Position numbers and translations under genes: made by a program. A stretch of 64,000 nt of DNA from Candidatus Bathyarchaeia archaeon (GTDB lineage Archaea; Thermoproteota; Bathyarchaeia; Bathyarchaeales; Bathycorpusculaceae): positions 96,001 through 160,000 of the forward strand of contig JBEKSS010000004.1 in NCBI GenBank assembly GCA_049516875.1. Reading direction: 5' to 3'. The notes under the pieces were generated by a model. The model saw only the letters and a list, made by a program, of their open reading frames with translations, ran no database searches and was not told the DNA's origin. Below are positions 49,652 to 59,955 of the stretch, one piece after another (the first letter of the stretch is position 1; each line of letters opens with the position of its first letter).

Positions 49652-50905
49652 ATGAAGTTGGCTGTGCTTGTTTGGGAGTATCCCCCGAGGATTGTTGGCG
49701 GTTTGGGAACGTACGTTGCTGAGATTACTAGAAAGTTTGTTCTAATGGACAATGATGTCACAGTGTTCACGACGAATGATGATGCTGGGACTCTTCCAAC
49801 ACGTGAGATCTGGCGCGGAATTGAAATACACCGCCCGTTGCACATTGACATATCTGATTCTTTGCCAGACGTGATTGCTGAAGACATCAGAAAATGGGCG
49901 CGCGGGGGTATCCATTTTTTCTCTAAAATCCTCATCTACAATTATCTGAGCGCTTCAAAACTCGTTAACGAACTCATCAGGAAAGATGGCATCAAATACG
50001 ACCTTGTCGTTGCACACGATTGGCTGTCAGCCATCGGCGGCATCACCGTCAAGAAAGAAGTCGGACTGCCATTCGCCTTTCACGTGCACTCAACCGAAAA
50101 GGGAAGAACACTTGGAAACGGTTCTGAAGTGATCAGCAACATTGAACTCCATGCTGCAAAAGCAGCCGACATAATCGTCACAGTTTCCTACGCGATGAAG
50201 GAAGAGCTCACGAAGCTCGGGTTTCCAAAAGACAGAATACAGGTGTGCTACAATGGCGTTGACGCACAGAAATACAATCCAAAAGATGTAACGGCTGAAC
50301 AGATAAAGAAGATTAGAAGCCTGTACGGTGTCAAAGACGACGAGGTCATGATTCTCTTTGTCGGCAGGCTCGCCGGTGTCAAGGGAGTTGACAAGCTCAT
50401 AATGGCCATGCCTCACATTCTGCAGAAGATACCTAAAGCCAAGCTTGTTGTTCTAGGCCTTGGCGATCTGCAGGACTACCTGTTAAACTTGGTCAATTAC
50501 ATGAGACTCAGCAACTGTGTGAAATTGCGCTTCGAGTTCCTCCCTGAAGAAGAACGCATTCTTCATTACGCAGCTTGCGACGTGGCCGTCTTTCCAAGTC
50601 ACTATGAACCATTCGGAATAGTTGTTCTGGAGGCCATGAGCATGGAAAAGCCGGTTGTCGTCGGCGCGGCAGGAGTTAGCGGGATGCGGGAGATAGTCAT
50701 CTGTTGCGGGGAAGACCAGTGCGGGTTCCACATAGACCCAAGCAACCCCACCGACATCGCTTGGGGAATAACCAGCGCCCTGGAAAGTCCAGAGAAGATG
50801 AAATGGCTTGGAAAGAACGGCAGACGAAGAGTCTTGGAAGAGTTTACCTGGGACAAGATAGCTGAAAAAACACTGGAACTTTACGAGCAGATGGTGAAAC
50901 ACTAG
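49652..50905 (+). CDS. Glycosyltransferase family 4 (glycogen-synthase-like)
   Basis: WEYPPRIVGGLG, HDWL, HSTE.GR, NGVD, FVGRL...KG, PSHYEPFGIVVLEAM. Confidence 0.92.
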   Translation: MKLAVLVWEYPPRIVGGLGTYVAEITRKFVLMDNDVTVFTTNDDAGTLPTREIWRGIEIHRPLHIDISDSLPDVIAEDIRKWARGGIHFFSKILIYNYLSASKLVNELIRKDGIKYDLVVAHDWLSAIGGITVKKEVGLPFAFHVHSTEKGRTLGNGSEVISNIELHAAKAADIIVTVSYAMKEELTKLGFPKDRIQVCYNGVDAQKYNPKDVTAEQIKKIRSLYGVKDDEVMILFVGRLAGVKGVDKLIMAMPHILQKIPKAKLVVLGLGDLQDYLLNLVNYMRLSNCVKLRFEFLPEEERILHYAACDVAVFPSHYEPFGIVVLEAMSMEKPVVVGAAGVSGMREIVICCGEDQCGFHIDPSNPTDIAWGITSALESPEKMKWLGKNGRRRVLEEFTWDKIAEKTLELYEQMVKH

Positions 50906-50942
50906 ATTCTGTGGCAGACTCAGGTTTGATGGTGAGGTTTCT

Positions 50943-51560
50943 TTGAGAGCGGATTCTCTGGAGTCAAGGAGGAAGATCATCAGGGAAGCCGCTGTTCTCC
51001 TCTATTCTGGAGAGGAAAAAGAGTATAAACAGGCGAAGTTGAAGGCTGCCGAAACGTTCGGTGCCCATTTCCTTCCGTCAAACCTTGAAGTTGCGTTGGA
51101 ACTTGACAGAATAGCGGAGGAGAACGAGGGTCCGGCCAGACTGGAGCGTTTGGTTCGGATGCGAAGGGAGGCTCTTAGGATTATGAGAATTGTAAGAGCG
51201 TACAACCCGCTTCTGTTAGGAAGCGTTTGGCGAGGCACGATTCACCGTGGAAGCGACATAGACATAGTAGTTCAACATGACGAACCGGCCATCATTCTGG
51301 AGATGCTGCGGGAGAGCAGACTGAGAGTGGTGCAGAGCGAATGGGTTGCGGTGACGAAAAAAGGGAAGAAGAAAGGATCCTTCCACGTACACGTTGAATC
51401 ACCAATCGGCGAAGAAGTTGAAATCAAGGTCACCAGCCCAACAGAAGCGTGCCGAAGAATCAAATGCGAAATCTACGGCGATGACATCACCGGGCTTGAC
51501 ATTCAACAGCTCGAAAAACTGCTGGAGGAAGACCCTCTGAAACGCTTCGTTCCTTCCTGA
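50943..51560 (+). CDS. Nucleotidyltransferase-domain protein
   Basis: EYKQAK.KAA; GSVWRG...SDIDI (pol-beta NTase motif). Confidence 0.82.
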   Translation: MRADSLESRRKIIREAAVLLYSGEEKEYKQAKLKAAETFGAHFLPSNLEVALELDRIAEENEGPARLERLVRMRREALRIMRIVRAYNPLLLGSVWRGTIHRGSDIDIVVQHDEPAIILEMLRESRLRVVQSEWVAVTKKGKKKGSFHVHVESPIGEEVEIKVTSPTEACRRIKCEIYGDDITGLDIQQLEKLLEEDPLKRFVPS

Positions 51561-51672
51561 CTTAAACCTCTTCGTCCAAGTTTCTACTGGCGAGATGTTT
51601 AGACGAAAGTTAAATATTGGTTTTTGCACAAAACAATACGAGTAAACAGGCGTTGGACAGGAAGGTGCAAGT

Positions 51673-52020
51673 GTGGAGCCGGACAAAGAATCCTTAAAGA
51701 GGATGTTTCCAAACTTGGCCAAAGATCTGCAAACAAATGAGAACGAAGTTCAGGTGAACTCTGTGCGGACGAGCCAAGAAGACGGGGAAAAGGCTGCAAC
51801 CTCACAGAGTTTCGACAACTATCTGCCCGACGTGATAGACTTCATCAGGCGATGCGATTCTAAAGAACAGGCTGAAGAGATAATCGGTTACATGGAGAAA
51901 CGGGGCGAAATCGACAATAAATACGCCCAGAAGCTCAGAAAACAGCTCGAAGAGAAGGGCGTCAGAAGCTTCGGCACCAAGAAAGAGCAAGATTACTACC
52001 TTAAGCGCAACAGACGATGA
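51673..52020 (+). CDS. DUF2095-like protein
   Basis: FPNLAK, Y.PDVIDFIRRC...A.EII.Y.EKRGEI, GVRSFG.KK..YY. Confidence 0.8.
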   Translation: MEPDKESLKRMFPNLAKDLQTNENEVQVNSVRTSQEDGEKAATSQSFDNYLPDVIDFIRRCDSKEQAEEIIGYMEKRGEIDNKYAQKLRKQLEEKGVRSFGTKKEQDYYLKRNRR

Positions 52021-52323
52021 CAGAACTGCAAGCACACGCAGTTCCATTTCCCTGAAACACGCTTTTTGTTGCAGAGAAATTGAGAGATCGCGCATTACGT
52101 GAATTCAAATAGAATTATGTCCCGAGTTAGCTGATGTTCAAATTGATGTTGGCTCAGGGAAAAATGCGCGAGGCAGATGTTGAGGCGAGTAATGATGACT
52201 GTGCATAAACGTGGAAGGAGCCGAAAAGCGCGCGCCCAATTAGATAGAAATAACTAAATACTGAGGCATTTGAATGTTTGGTCGCGCGAACGCGAGTAGA
52301 GTAAGTTTACAAGATGAAGGGAG

Positions 52324-52992
52324 GTGAAAAAAGTGTTGAGATTGAAGTATCCTATTGAGTATGAATTGAACCCTACAGAGATTGATAAAGGAAAGCAATG
52401 GTTAACATTAACACTGAAAAACACAGGAAATAAAACTCTTAAAAGACTTGACGTGGAATTGCACTCTCTAGATACCTTTTATCTTTTTCCTTTATTCTTT
52501 CCTTTTGGAATAGGACACTACATCGGAGAGCTTAAGCCAGACGAAGAGGCAGAAGTGGTTTTCCAAGTTAACGCACAAGGATCAGCTGAGGTATACGCCA
52601 CTATCCGTGCACGTAAGAATGGAGACTACTTCTTGTGGGAATCCGGTTGGACGCACATCTCTGTAGGCGACGAAAAAGCAGAAATCGGTCGCTTAGTAGT
52701 GCTTTCACACCCGTATACGATAATTGGAAAGACCCTCGAAGCCGAGGCAACCATTAAGGGCTTGGAAAAAAGTACGGGACTGAAACTGGAATTCTGGGTG
52801 GAAACCCCCTCAGGAAAGTTTGAAGAGCAGGCCAAAATGAATATAAAGGAACTTTCAGTTGGAGAGGAAGCCCGTTACTCCGCTGAGTTCACACCCAAGG
52901 AAAAGGGGCACTACACCATATACGCGTATTTATACGATGGATGGAGAAAAATAGGTCACAAGACAGATTCCATCTATGCGCAGGAAGAATAG
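52324..52992 (+). CDS. Hypothetical protein with two Ig-like beta-sandwich segments
   Basis: LTLKNTG...L..ELKP.EE..V.F and FTPKEKGHYTIYAYLY; GGAGG SD; no signal peptide. Confidence 0.7.
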   Translation: MKKVLRLKYPIEYELNPTEIDKGKQWLTLTLKNTGNKTLKRLDVELHSLDTFYLFPLFFPFGIGHYIGELKPDEEAEVVFQVNAQGSAEVYATIRARKNGDYFLWESGWTHISVGDEKAEIGRLVVLSHPYTIIGKTLEAEATIKGLEKSTGLKLEFWVETPSGKFEEQAKMNIKELSVGEEARYSAEFTPKEKGHYTIYAYLYDGWRKIGHKTDSIYAQEE

Positions 52993-53894
52993 CAATCACC
53001 AAGTCGACTTGGAAATTTCCAACTCCCCTTTTTTGTTCAACAAATGACTACCGACTACCGCGTGCGCGAGGCATGAAGTTTCCAGCCTCGTCGTTTCTAT
53101 CAAAGATGAATTCAGTCCTAGCTGGATCATATCAAAGCTCATTCAACTCGTCAAACTAATAGCGCGCTTTGACCACGCTTTTTGTAACAATCTGTTTTAG
53201 AGGCTCCTTCAAGCAATGTTGAAAAGAACATCAATTGTTACAAATGATTTAGCGCGCGCTTCGAGGCCGACACACAGGAAGGCGATGTTGCAGCCTGATT
53301 TTCTGTAATATAGTATGAGGAAGAGCAGAGGGGCAATATTCATTTTTAGCGCGCGGGTCACGCGAAATATGTGGGAACGCAATCTTCACTTCAGTTTTTC
53401 TGTTACCTGTTGAATAAACGAAATTCTGGACAGACAGCATTCAAACGCTCAATGTAGGCTAGACGTGTGTGAAAAGCCAGGGTTCTTTGTTGTATGTTAA
53501 GGATTTCTCCATTTCTCTGCGTTTCTGTACTCTACTTTTGGGCCGTCCTGCATGATGACGTCCAATGTCTTTAGGAAATCCTCTCGTGACAGCCTTCTCC
53601 TTCTCTTCATCCTTAAGCCTCAAGAAAAGTTAGCCTAGGACGCGATATAAACGAAATTGCTACAATGCCAGTATATCCAAAACAGAAACATGCTCCGTGC
53701 TGCAGGTAGGAAGGCTAGGATCTTGAAGCTGAACTGGTCCAATTAGCGCGCAAGCGTGTATCAAGTTCCCTTTCGAGTGTGATGGACTTGGGGCGCTCTT
53801 TCTGAACGATGCTTCCCGCATCTCAAGCACACAGTCACCCGTAGATGAAGCAAAACCAGAAGCACAAACTCCCTTGCAAACGAGTCTAGGAAAG

Positions 53895-54393
53895 GAGAGG
53901 ACATGAGAGTTGTCCATTGAAGCTTCAGATAGTACAAGGTTCCAAAGTAGTTTTGGGCCACGAGGTCCCTCACGGTTTTCAAGGCGTTGTTGAACCTGAA
54001 AATGTGGCCCACCTGCAGAATTAGACCGTTGTGTTCTGCAAGTCCAACGAGTTCCCAAGCATGTTTGGCGCGCATTGCCATTGGTTTCTCCAATAGCACG
54101 TGTTTGCCTGCGAGTAATGCTTGTTTGCAGATTTCATGGTGTGTCTCGTTAGGCGTGCAAATGTGAACCGCGTCTACATTGTTAGAGCTAAGAACTTCTT
54201 CGTAGCTTGGCTTCAGCTTTTCTTCGGAGACGCCGAACTTGTCCCTGCAGTACGTCAGGTTTTCATCCTTCACATCGCAGACCATTGACAAGTCAACGTT
54301 GCCGTTTTCCTTGGCAAGCTGAAGATACTCGTTGATCACCTTTTTGCCCCAGTAGCCAGCGCCTATAACTGCAACATTGAAATTGTCTTTCAA
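53895..54393 (-). pseudogene. Truncated Gfo/Idh/MocA oxidoreductase (WbpB-like)
   Basis: VIGAGYWG, VDAVHICTP, HVLLEKP, VGHIFRFN. Similarity stops after LQWTTLMSSP; the C-terminal half is replaced by unrelated sequence (stop at 53761). Confidence 0.8.
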
Positions 54394-54477
54394 GGCATAC
54401 CGCTCCTCTTATCTTCGCGACGCGTTAATATCAGCGCCGAATCTTTCCGCTTTTGGCGAGACATGTAGACAGCCACT

Positions 54478-55587
54478 TTATCGGTTTTCGAAGAACTCGT
54501 GAATCTGGTCGCAGACAAACTGAATTTGCGTTTCAGAGAGGTCAGGATACATGGGGATGCTCAGACACGTTTTGCACAGTTCTTCAGCGCGTGGATAAGT
54601 CCCATCCTTGAACCCGAACATTTCAACGTAGATAGGCTGCAGATGGATTGGCAGGGGGTAGTGTACGCCGCATTCAATTCCTTTTGACTGAAGCCATTCG
54701 TTAAGTTCGTCGCGCATGCTTGTTCTTACAACGTAGAGATGGTAGACTGGACGAGTGGACTTGTCTCCGGCTGGAGGAAGACACAGCCCTTCAACGTCTG
54801 AAAGCAGTCGATTGTAGGTTTCTGCATTGCTTCTCCTTTTCTTGTTCCATTCGTCAAGATACTTGAGCTGAACCCTGCCAACAGCTGCATTCACAGTGTT
54901 TAAGCGTGCCGTGAAGCCCACTACGTCATGAACATACTTGCTCCTTCTCCCACAGTCCCTCAGTTTGGCAGCTTTTTGAGCAATCTTCGCGTCGTTCGTG
55001 ACGAGCATGCCACCGTCGCCGGCAACAGTCATGTTTTTGGACGGATAGAAGCTGAAGCAAGCGACATCGCCCAAGCCTCCGACTTTTCGACCTTTGTATA
55101 TGCTCCCGTGCGCTTGACACGCATCCTCAACAACAGCCAACCCCTTCCTCTCGGTTGCTTGCTTTATTGAATCGACATCGGCTGGAAACCCGTAAAGATG
55201 AACGGGAATAACTGCTCGAGTGTGAGTTTCAACTGCAGCTTTCACCCTTTCAGGATCAATATTGTATGTTTGCATGTCTATGTCCGCAAACTTTGGCGTT
55301 CCGCCACAATGTAGGACGGCATTCGCAGTAGCGACGAACGAAGCGGGAGTGGTGATGACTGAAGCTCCGTTCTTTACGTCTAGGGCCGTCAAAGCAATTG
55401 ACAGCGCAGCGGTTCCTGAACTTGTGGAAACGGCACAGTCAACTCCGCAGTACTCTGCAAATTCCTCTTCAAACTTTGCGACACTCTCTCCAGAGACAAA
55501 ATGCTCATTCCATAGAGCGTCAACTGCAGCTTTCTCCATCTCTTTCGTAAACGAAGGCCTTGCTAAAGGAATCTTCGAATCGTGCAT
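54478..55587 (-). CDS. DegT/DnrJ/EryC1/StrS aminotransferase (WbpE-like)
   Basis: SSGTAAL, PVHLYG, EDACQAHG, SFYPSKN, GDGG, YHLY, HYP.P.HLQP. Confidence 0.93.
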   Translation of the reverse strand: MHDSKIPLARPSFTKEMEKAAVDALWNEHFVSGESVAKFEEEFAEYCGVDCAVSTSSGTAALSIALTALDVKNGASVITTPASFVATANAVLHCGGTPKFADIDMQTYNIDPERVKAAVETHTRAVIPVHLYGFPADVDSIKQATERKGLAVVEDACQAHGSIYKGRKVGGLGDVACFSFYPSKNMTVAGDGGMLVTNDAKIAQKAAKLRDCGRRSKYVHDVVGFTARLNTVNAAVGRVQLKYLDEWNKKRRSNAETYNRLLSDVEGLCLPPAGDKSTRPVYHLYVVRTSMRDELNEWLQSKGIECGVHYPLPIHLQPIYVEMFGFKDGTYPRAEELCKTCLSIPMYPDLSETQIQFVCDQIHEFFENR

Positions 55588-55656
55588 ACGCTCGAACCAT
55601 CCCACGACTCTTCTATTTGCGCAAGGATTTGTCCCCACACGCGTGTGACTAATCGC

Positions 55657-56040
55657 CTAACAAGATTCTGAACCGATACCAGGAGCTTGAACAAGTTGAC
55701 CCTTGTTGGCCGAAGACTTAAATCCACACTTCCTGCCGTTCATACACATTCTCGTCAACTCTTCCTTCTCCAGCCTCAAACTCTGTAATTCTCTTACCAC
55801 ACCTGAGTATCTGTTCACGTACGCGACGTACTTTTTTAGAAAGACATCTCCGTCTTCGGTGACTCCATACTCTTCCTGGCTGAGCGTCAGGTAGCCTAAG
55901 GCGACAGCTTCATCTAGGTATTTCTTCAGAAGTCCAAAACCCAGGTTTGCCGTGCACATTATCCTCGTCTTCCTCGCACCTTTTCCCGCGGCTTTCAACA
56001 CGTCCGCAATGATTCCGATTCTGTCTCGATGTTTAGCCAT
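55657..56040 (-). CDS. Archaeal winged-HTH transcriptional regulator
   Basis: RDRIGIIADVL...G.RKTRIM..ANL...LLKKYL...Y.VTEDG..FL. Confidence 0.82.
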   Translation of the reverse strand: MAKHRDRIGIIADVLKAAGKGARKTRIMCTANLGFGLLKKYLDEAVALGYLTLSQEEYGVTEDGDVFLKKYVAYVNRYSGVVRELQSLRLEKEELTRMCMNGRKCGFKSSANKGQLVQAPGIGSESC

Positions 56041-57020
56041 ATATGCCCCCCAAACTCAGACTTATCGCAGGTTGACTGGTGATCATCTGCTATGGAACAA
56101 AGGTGTACTGGGGCTGCTGCAAACACGCATGCTGCACCGCATCCGCTACCCAATCCCTTCCTACCGGAAGCGGACATAAAAAATTTAAGCAGCAGATGGC
56201 CTGGCAACTAGCCCCTTTTCGCCTTCCTCCTTTCTCACTTGAATCCCTGAATAAGCAGGGTAGAACAATGTATTGAGGAATACTGTATTAAAAACTAATG
56301 GAACTTAGTTCTATGACATCAACACTGTAGGCTGTGCCGATTCTACGAATCAAACGATTCAAACAGCCCAAGCAAACACGTCCTGTCAGGAAGAATTGGT
56401 GACAACAGTTTCCATCATCTGCTCAAAGGCTCTTAGCAAAAGATACAGATAGAGACACACATTGGCGCGCGCCAGGTAGACCGTTCATTATACTATTGGG
56501 AAATGGTTAGCCAATGTTTGTGTCCGAAAACCTGATGGCACTGTCAACCTAACCTATTGCATCTGTTTTAGGGCTTCTTTCATTACTTCTGGCAAGCTGA
56601 ATCTGATGAATTCCCTAACGGTCTGGGGCGGGTTCTTTTCAACCAAGCCTTGCAAGTGGCAAATCATGCAATCGCGAAATCGATTCAACAATTCATAAGA
56701 TGTACCGCGGGGCCGCTTTCAACGACCCCATCTATGGAATGTTCAGTTCCTTCCTATGCCAAGCTTACGAAGATTCCAGGGAATTTGCTCGTCCGACAAT
56801 TCAGATGCCGACAATCACAGACAGCTTGGTCCGTGGTGTGAAGATAACAAAATGTAAAAACTTTGATGAGGCATGTAGCCAGTGGAAAGAAATCGTGAAA
56901 CAGGTGACAAGAACGTGCTGCCTCGTGTATTCGCAGAAATGCCGCCAAGACGTGAATCTTCATGAAGCTCGCGCTTGTTTGCAGTGTATCATGTGGTATA
57001 ATCGCGTCGCGTGCACGGGC

Positions 57021-58260
57021 TTAGCGGCGAAACGGAAGGAACCGTGCAGCAACCGACTCTTCAACAGCATAAAGCTTGAGGCTGTACCGCAACGCGTCAA
57101 CCGCATGGTCATTCTCCTTCACGTCCTCTTTGTATTCTAGCACTTCACTGATAAGATTAACACATTTGGCACTGATGAATATGCGCGGTTTGCCGTCGCC
57201 CGCCTTTGGAAAGCGGCCGCCCAGCTCTCTAAGGCCGTCTTCACGCTTGCCATGGTAGCCGCTCGCGTTCAAGTCTGCCCTGCGAAGCATGTCAATAGTT
57301 TCAGGAGCGCTGGGGTCGCATAATACTTCGCCTCGGCCATACGTCTTGGCGAATCCCTTCAAGGCGTTAATCAGATCCTCAGTCTTGAGCTGCCTCTCAT
57401 ACAACTCGTCTAGGACGTAGACCCTGCCGTCACCATCATACCCTGTCACCAGGACAGCGGTCGGGTTTGTCCAGCCGAAGTCGACGCCATACCGAAATTC
57501 GCGCAGGTCCGCAAGGTTTGCTTCGGCAACGTTGACTGTAGCGTCAAACTGGAAGCTTCCCGTGCCAACGGTCGCGAAGCGCCCGAAGATGAAGCGCTCG
57601 GCAAGGGCACCCTTGTGGCTTCTCTCCACTTCCTCCAGAAACTGTTTCGGCAATCGAGGGTTATCGTAGATGCTCCACCTGTACACCTTGCTCTCAGGAT
57701 CCCTTGTCCTGGGATTCTCGAAGAAGTTGTAAAGCGGACTGTTAGGCTGATCAGGCGTCGTCGTCACCCAGGCACCTCGGGGATAAGGAACCGCAGAGTT
57801 CGAACCCCTAAGACGCCGAGTGATGACCTGCCAGCTGAGGCAAGTTTCTAACCAGGCGGGCCTCGTCGACGTGGGCAAAGTCGATGTTAAGGTCCTCAGC
57901 ACGTTCAGGATCCTCAAGACTTGCAAACCACAAGACTGAACCGTTCGCAAACTCAAGCTTCATAGTCCCCCTGTTGAAGCTTCTAATCAGCCCGTTAGCC
58001 TCAAGCGGCCTGCCCAGCAACAGGTCACTCTCAAGCGTCGGAATCAGAATACGCTCAACCATCCTAAAGGTAGGCTCGAAAACGTATCCCACGACCCCAG
58101 GCAGTTCAATGCACCAACGAACATCCTCAGCAAGCCCGCACAGCGTCTTGCCCGCCCCGGTGCCGCAGCTCACAAGCCTAAAAAACACCCTGTACGCATC
58201 ATCATGGAACTCACACTGCTTCGCATGCCCACGGTACCTAGGATACCTGAGAGTCGTCAA
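57021..58260 (-). pseudogene. Terminase large subunit, frameshifted near 57840
   Basis: Walker A GTGAGKT, Walker B FAHVDEA, VTTTP, nuclease motifs GVDFGWTNP, DPSAP, NDHAVDALRY, split over two frames. Confidence 0.85.
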
Positions 58261-58708
58261 CCGGCGTTGCCTTACCATCCCGACCAACCCTACGAAACCT
58301 TCTTCCAACCATCATAACCCTCTCCTCAACCTTCATCGGCTCCGCCTGCAACAGGCCCAAGCCCTGGCGAAAACGCACGTCCTCCTTCACAGCGTCAAGA
58401 TACAAACGCAGAGCCGCAACCCTAATCATACCCTCCTCACGCAGTTAAGTCCGATAAGCCTCCACCTTCGCCTCCTCAAGCTCAGCCAATCTGTCAAAAA
58501 CAACAGTGTCCTTCCCTCCCTCCCCGGTCTTAAACAGTATCGCCAACCACTCCAAACGGATCTTCCAGTCCCGCCAGATCGTACGCTCACTGCAGCTGAA
58601 CTCCTCACTCAGCATCTTGGCGGACTCTCGGATACTCAGCCCCGCGGTTGTCAGATGAATCAACCTCTTCCGCCGCTCCACTATCTTCGACAGTCCCCTA
58701 GAGCCCAA
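58238..58708 (-). pseudogene. Putative terminase small subunit (HTH) with an in-frame TAA at 58445-58447
   Basis: ERRKRLIHL...GLSIRESAKMLSEEFSCSERTIWRDW HTH; the frame continues past the TAA (AYRT*LREEGMIRVAAL) and overlaps the TerL start. Confidence 0.65.
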
Positions 58709-58848
58709 ATAAAAAACCCCAAAACGCTGACATTCCGTGTCAGATGCCTTGCCGACTCTAGTTTCTGCGAACGCGCTGAAACGTTACAGGCGCGCACGCT
58801 GTTCCTAGATTTAGAAGCTAGCTCAGAATTCTTAGTAGATATAGGTGT

Positions 58849-59202
58849 TTATGAGTATTCTCTGAAGGTGTAGTTGCATTTTGTGCAGCGTAGAAATTGG
58901 GTTGAGGATTCGTCCGCGCCTCTTGTCTGCACTTGCCACACGAACGCCAGGTTGTTCCCGCATTTTGGGCATTCCATTCTCACAGTGGGCAGGGTTCTCA
59001 GTTTCTGTTCTTCTTTGCCTATCACTGCCACGAGCTGTGTTGGCTTGTGCTGGAAAACCTTGGCGACTTTGGGTTCAACATTCTTGCTTGCGGCCGGTTT
59101 TTTGTAGCCGCATTTTGTGCAGGCCAGCACTAGCGATTTTTCTGTTCCAGTTTTTCCTTTCTTAGGTTCGAGTCGGGAACCGCATTTTGGGCAAAATTCC
59201 AT
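58849..59202 (-). CDS. tfs: Transcription factor S
   Basis: MEFCPKCG...CTKCGY; CPKCGN...QTRGADE...F.RCTKC..TFREY. Confidence 0.95.
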   Translation of the reverse strand: MEFCPKCGSRLEPKKGKTGTEKSLVLACTKCGYKKPAASKNVEPKVAKVFQHKPTQLVAVIGKEEQKLRTLPTVRMECPKCGNNLAFVWQVQTRGADESSTQFLRCTKCNYTFREYS

Positions 59203-59283
59203 GGGTTGTTTCCCCGTCTGTTCGTTTCTTTAGCCTTAGCAAAGTCTCTTTTAAACTTTTTTATGTTGAGCTAAGTATTCAGG

Positions 59284-59868
59284 CTAAGCCTGACTGGTGC
59301 CTGAGGCGATTAGATGCGCGACGCGGAGGGCTTCGGGAACGCTGCTCCGCGTGGATGTGAGCTCCAAAATCTTCCGCGCGTCGCTTTCGCTGGCGCCGCA
59401 GACTTCCATGTAAACCTTCTCGTCCCTGTTTCTGGTCTGCACTTCGAAAACCTGTCCGGCGTTCTGAACGGCTTTCCAGCGTTTCGCGCTGTTCGGCAGA
59501 TTCTTCACCGCCGCATGTATCTCTTTGAAGTTGGGTTTGTCTCGTGTGACCACGATGACGGGCAGGTTTGTGAGGGCGTAGAGTTTCTTGATGTCGACCA
59601 CGTTGAAACCGCCGAACGTGACCCCGTCGAGCAGGATGACTCTCACCTGACGGTGGTGTGGGGAATCAACTATCATGGAGGCTATCCTGTCTGTTGCGTC
59701 GAAACCGTCAACCTTGACCTTGGTGCTCAGCACACCGTCGAGCCAGTAGCCGCCGCGGAAGATGACGCCGACAACCGAGGCGAAGCCATGATGAGGACTG
59801 AATGACCCATCGTCAACTCCTAGAACACGGATTTCAGGCTTGATGGTGCGAAACCTTTTCACGGACAA
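59284..59868 (-). CDS. DUF99 family protein (endonuclease V-like)
   Basis: RVLGVDDG, VDG.DATD, LDGVTFGGFNVVD, PEALRVAHLIA. The ORF track's upstream extension is spurious. Confidence 0.88.
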   Translation of the reverse strand: MSVKRFRTIKPEIRVLGVDDGSFSPHHGFASVVGVIFRGGYWLDGVLSTKVKVDGFDATDRIASMIVDSPHHRQVRVILLDGVTFGGFNVVDIKKLYALTNLPVIVVTRDKPNFKEIHAAVKNLPNSAKRWKAVQNAGQVFEVQTRNRDEKVYMEVCGASESDARKILELTSTRSSVPEALRVAHLIASGTSQA

Positions 59869-59955
59869 GACATTTCCTCGGTGACTGTCAACGTTACAGT
59901 GAGGGGCAGCGATTATAAGCTTGATGAACGGAAGCGGTGAACGGGGGTTTGAGGT

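Noticed and set aside
53760-53900. RNase P RNA or another structured RNA after the Gfo/Idh truncation
   Set aside because: No GAGGAAAGTCC-type conserved core or convincing helices were found.
56480-57140. 146-aa ORF at 56700 and upstream fragments
   Set aside because: It overlaps the TerL 3' end and has no recognisable family; possibly a decayed gene but not supportable.
10778-58447. Genome-wide stop-codon reassignment
   Set aside because: TAG, TAA and TGA all terminate conserved genes at expected positions, and the internal stops mostly occur with other lesions.
57884-58873. 329-aa plus-strand ORF
   Set aside because: Antisense shadow of the terminase genes; no motifs.
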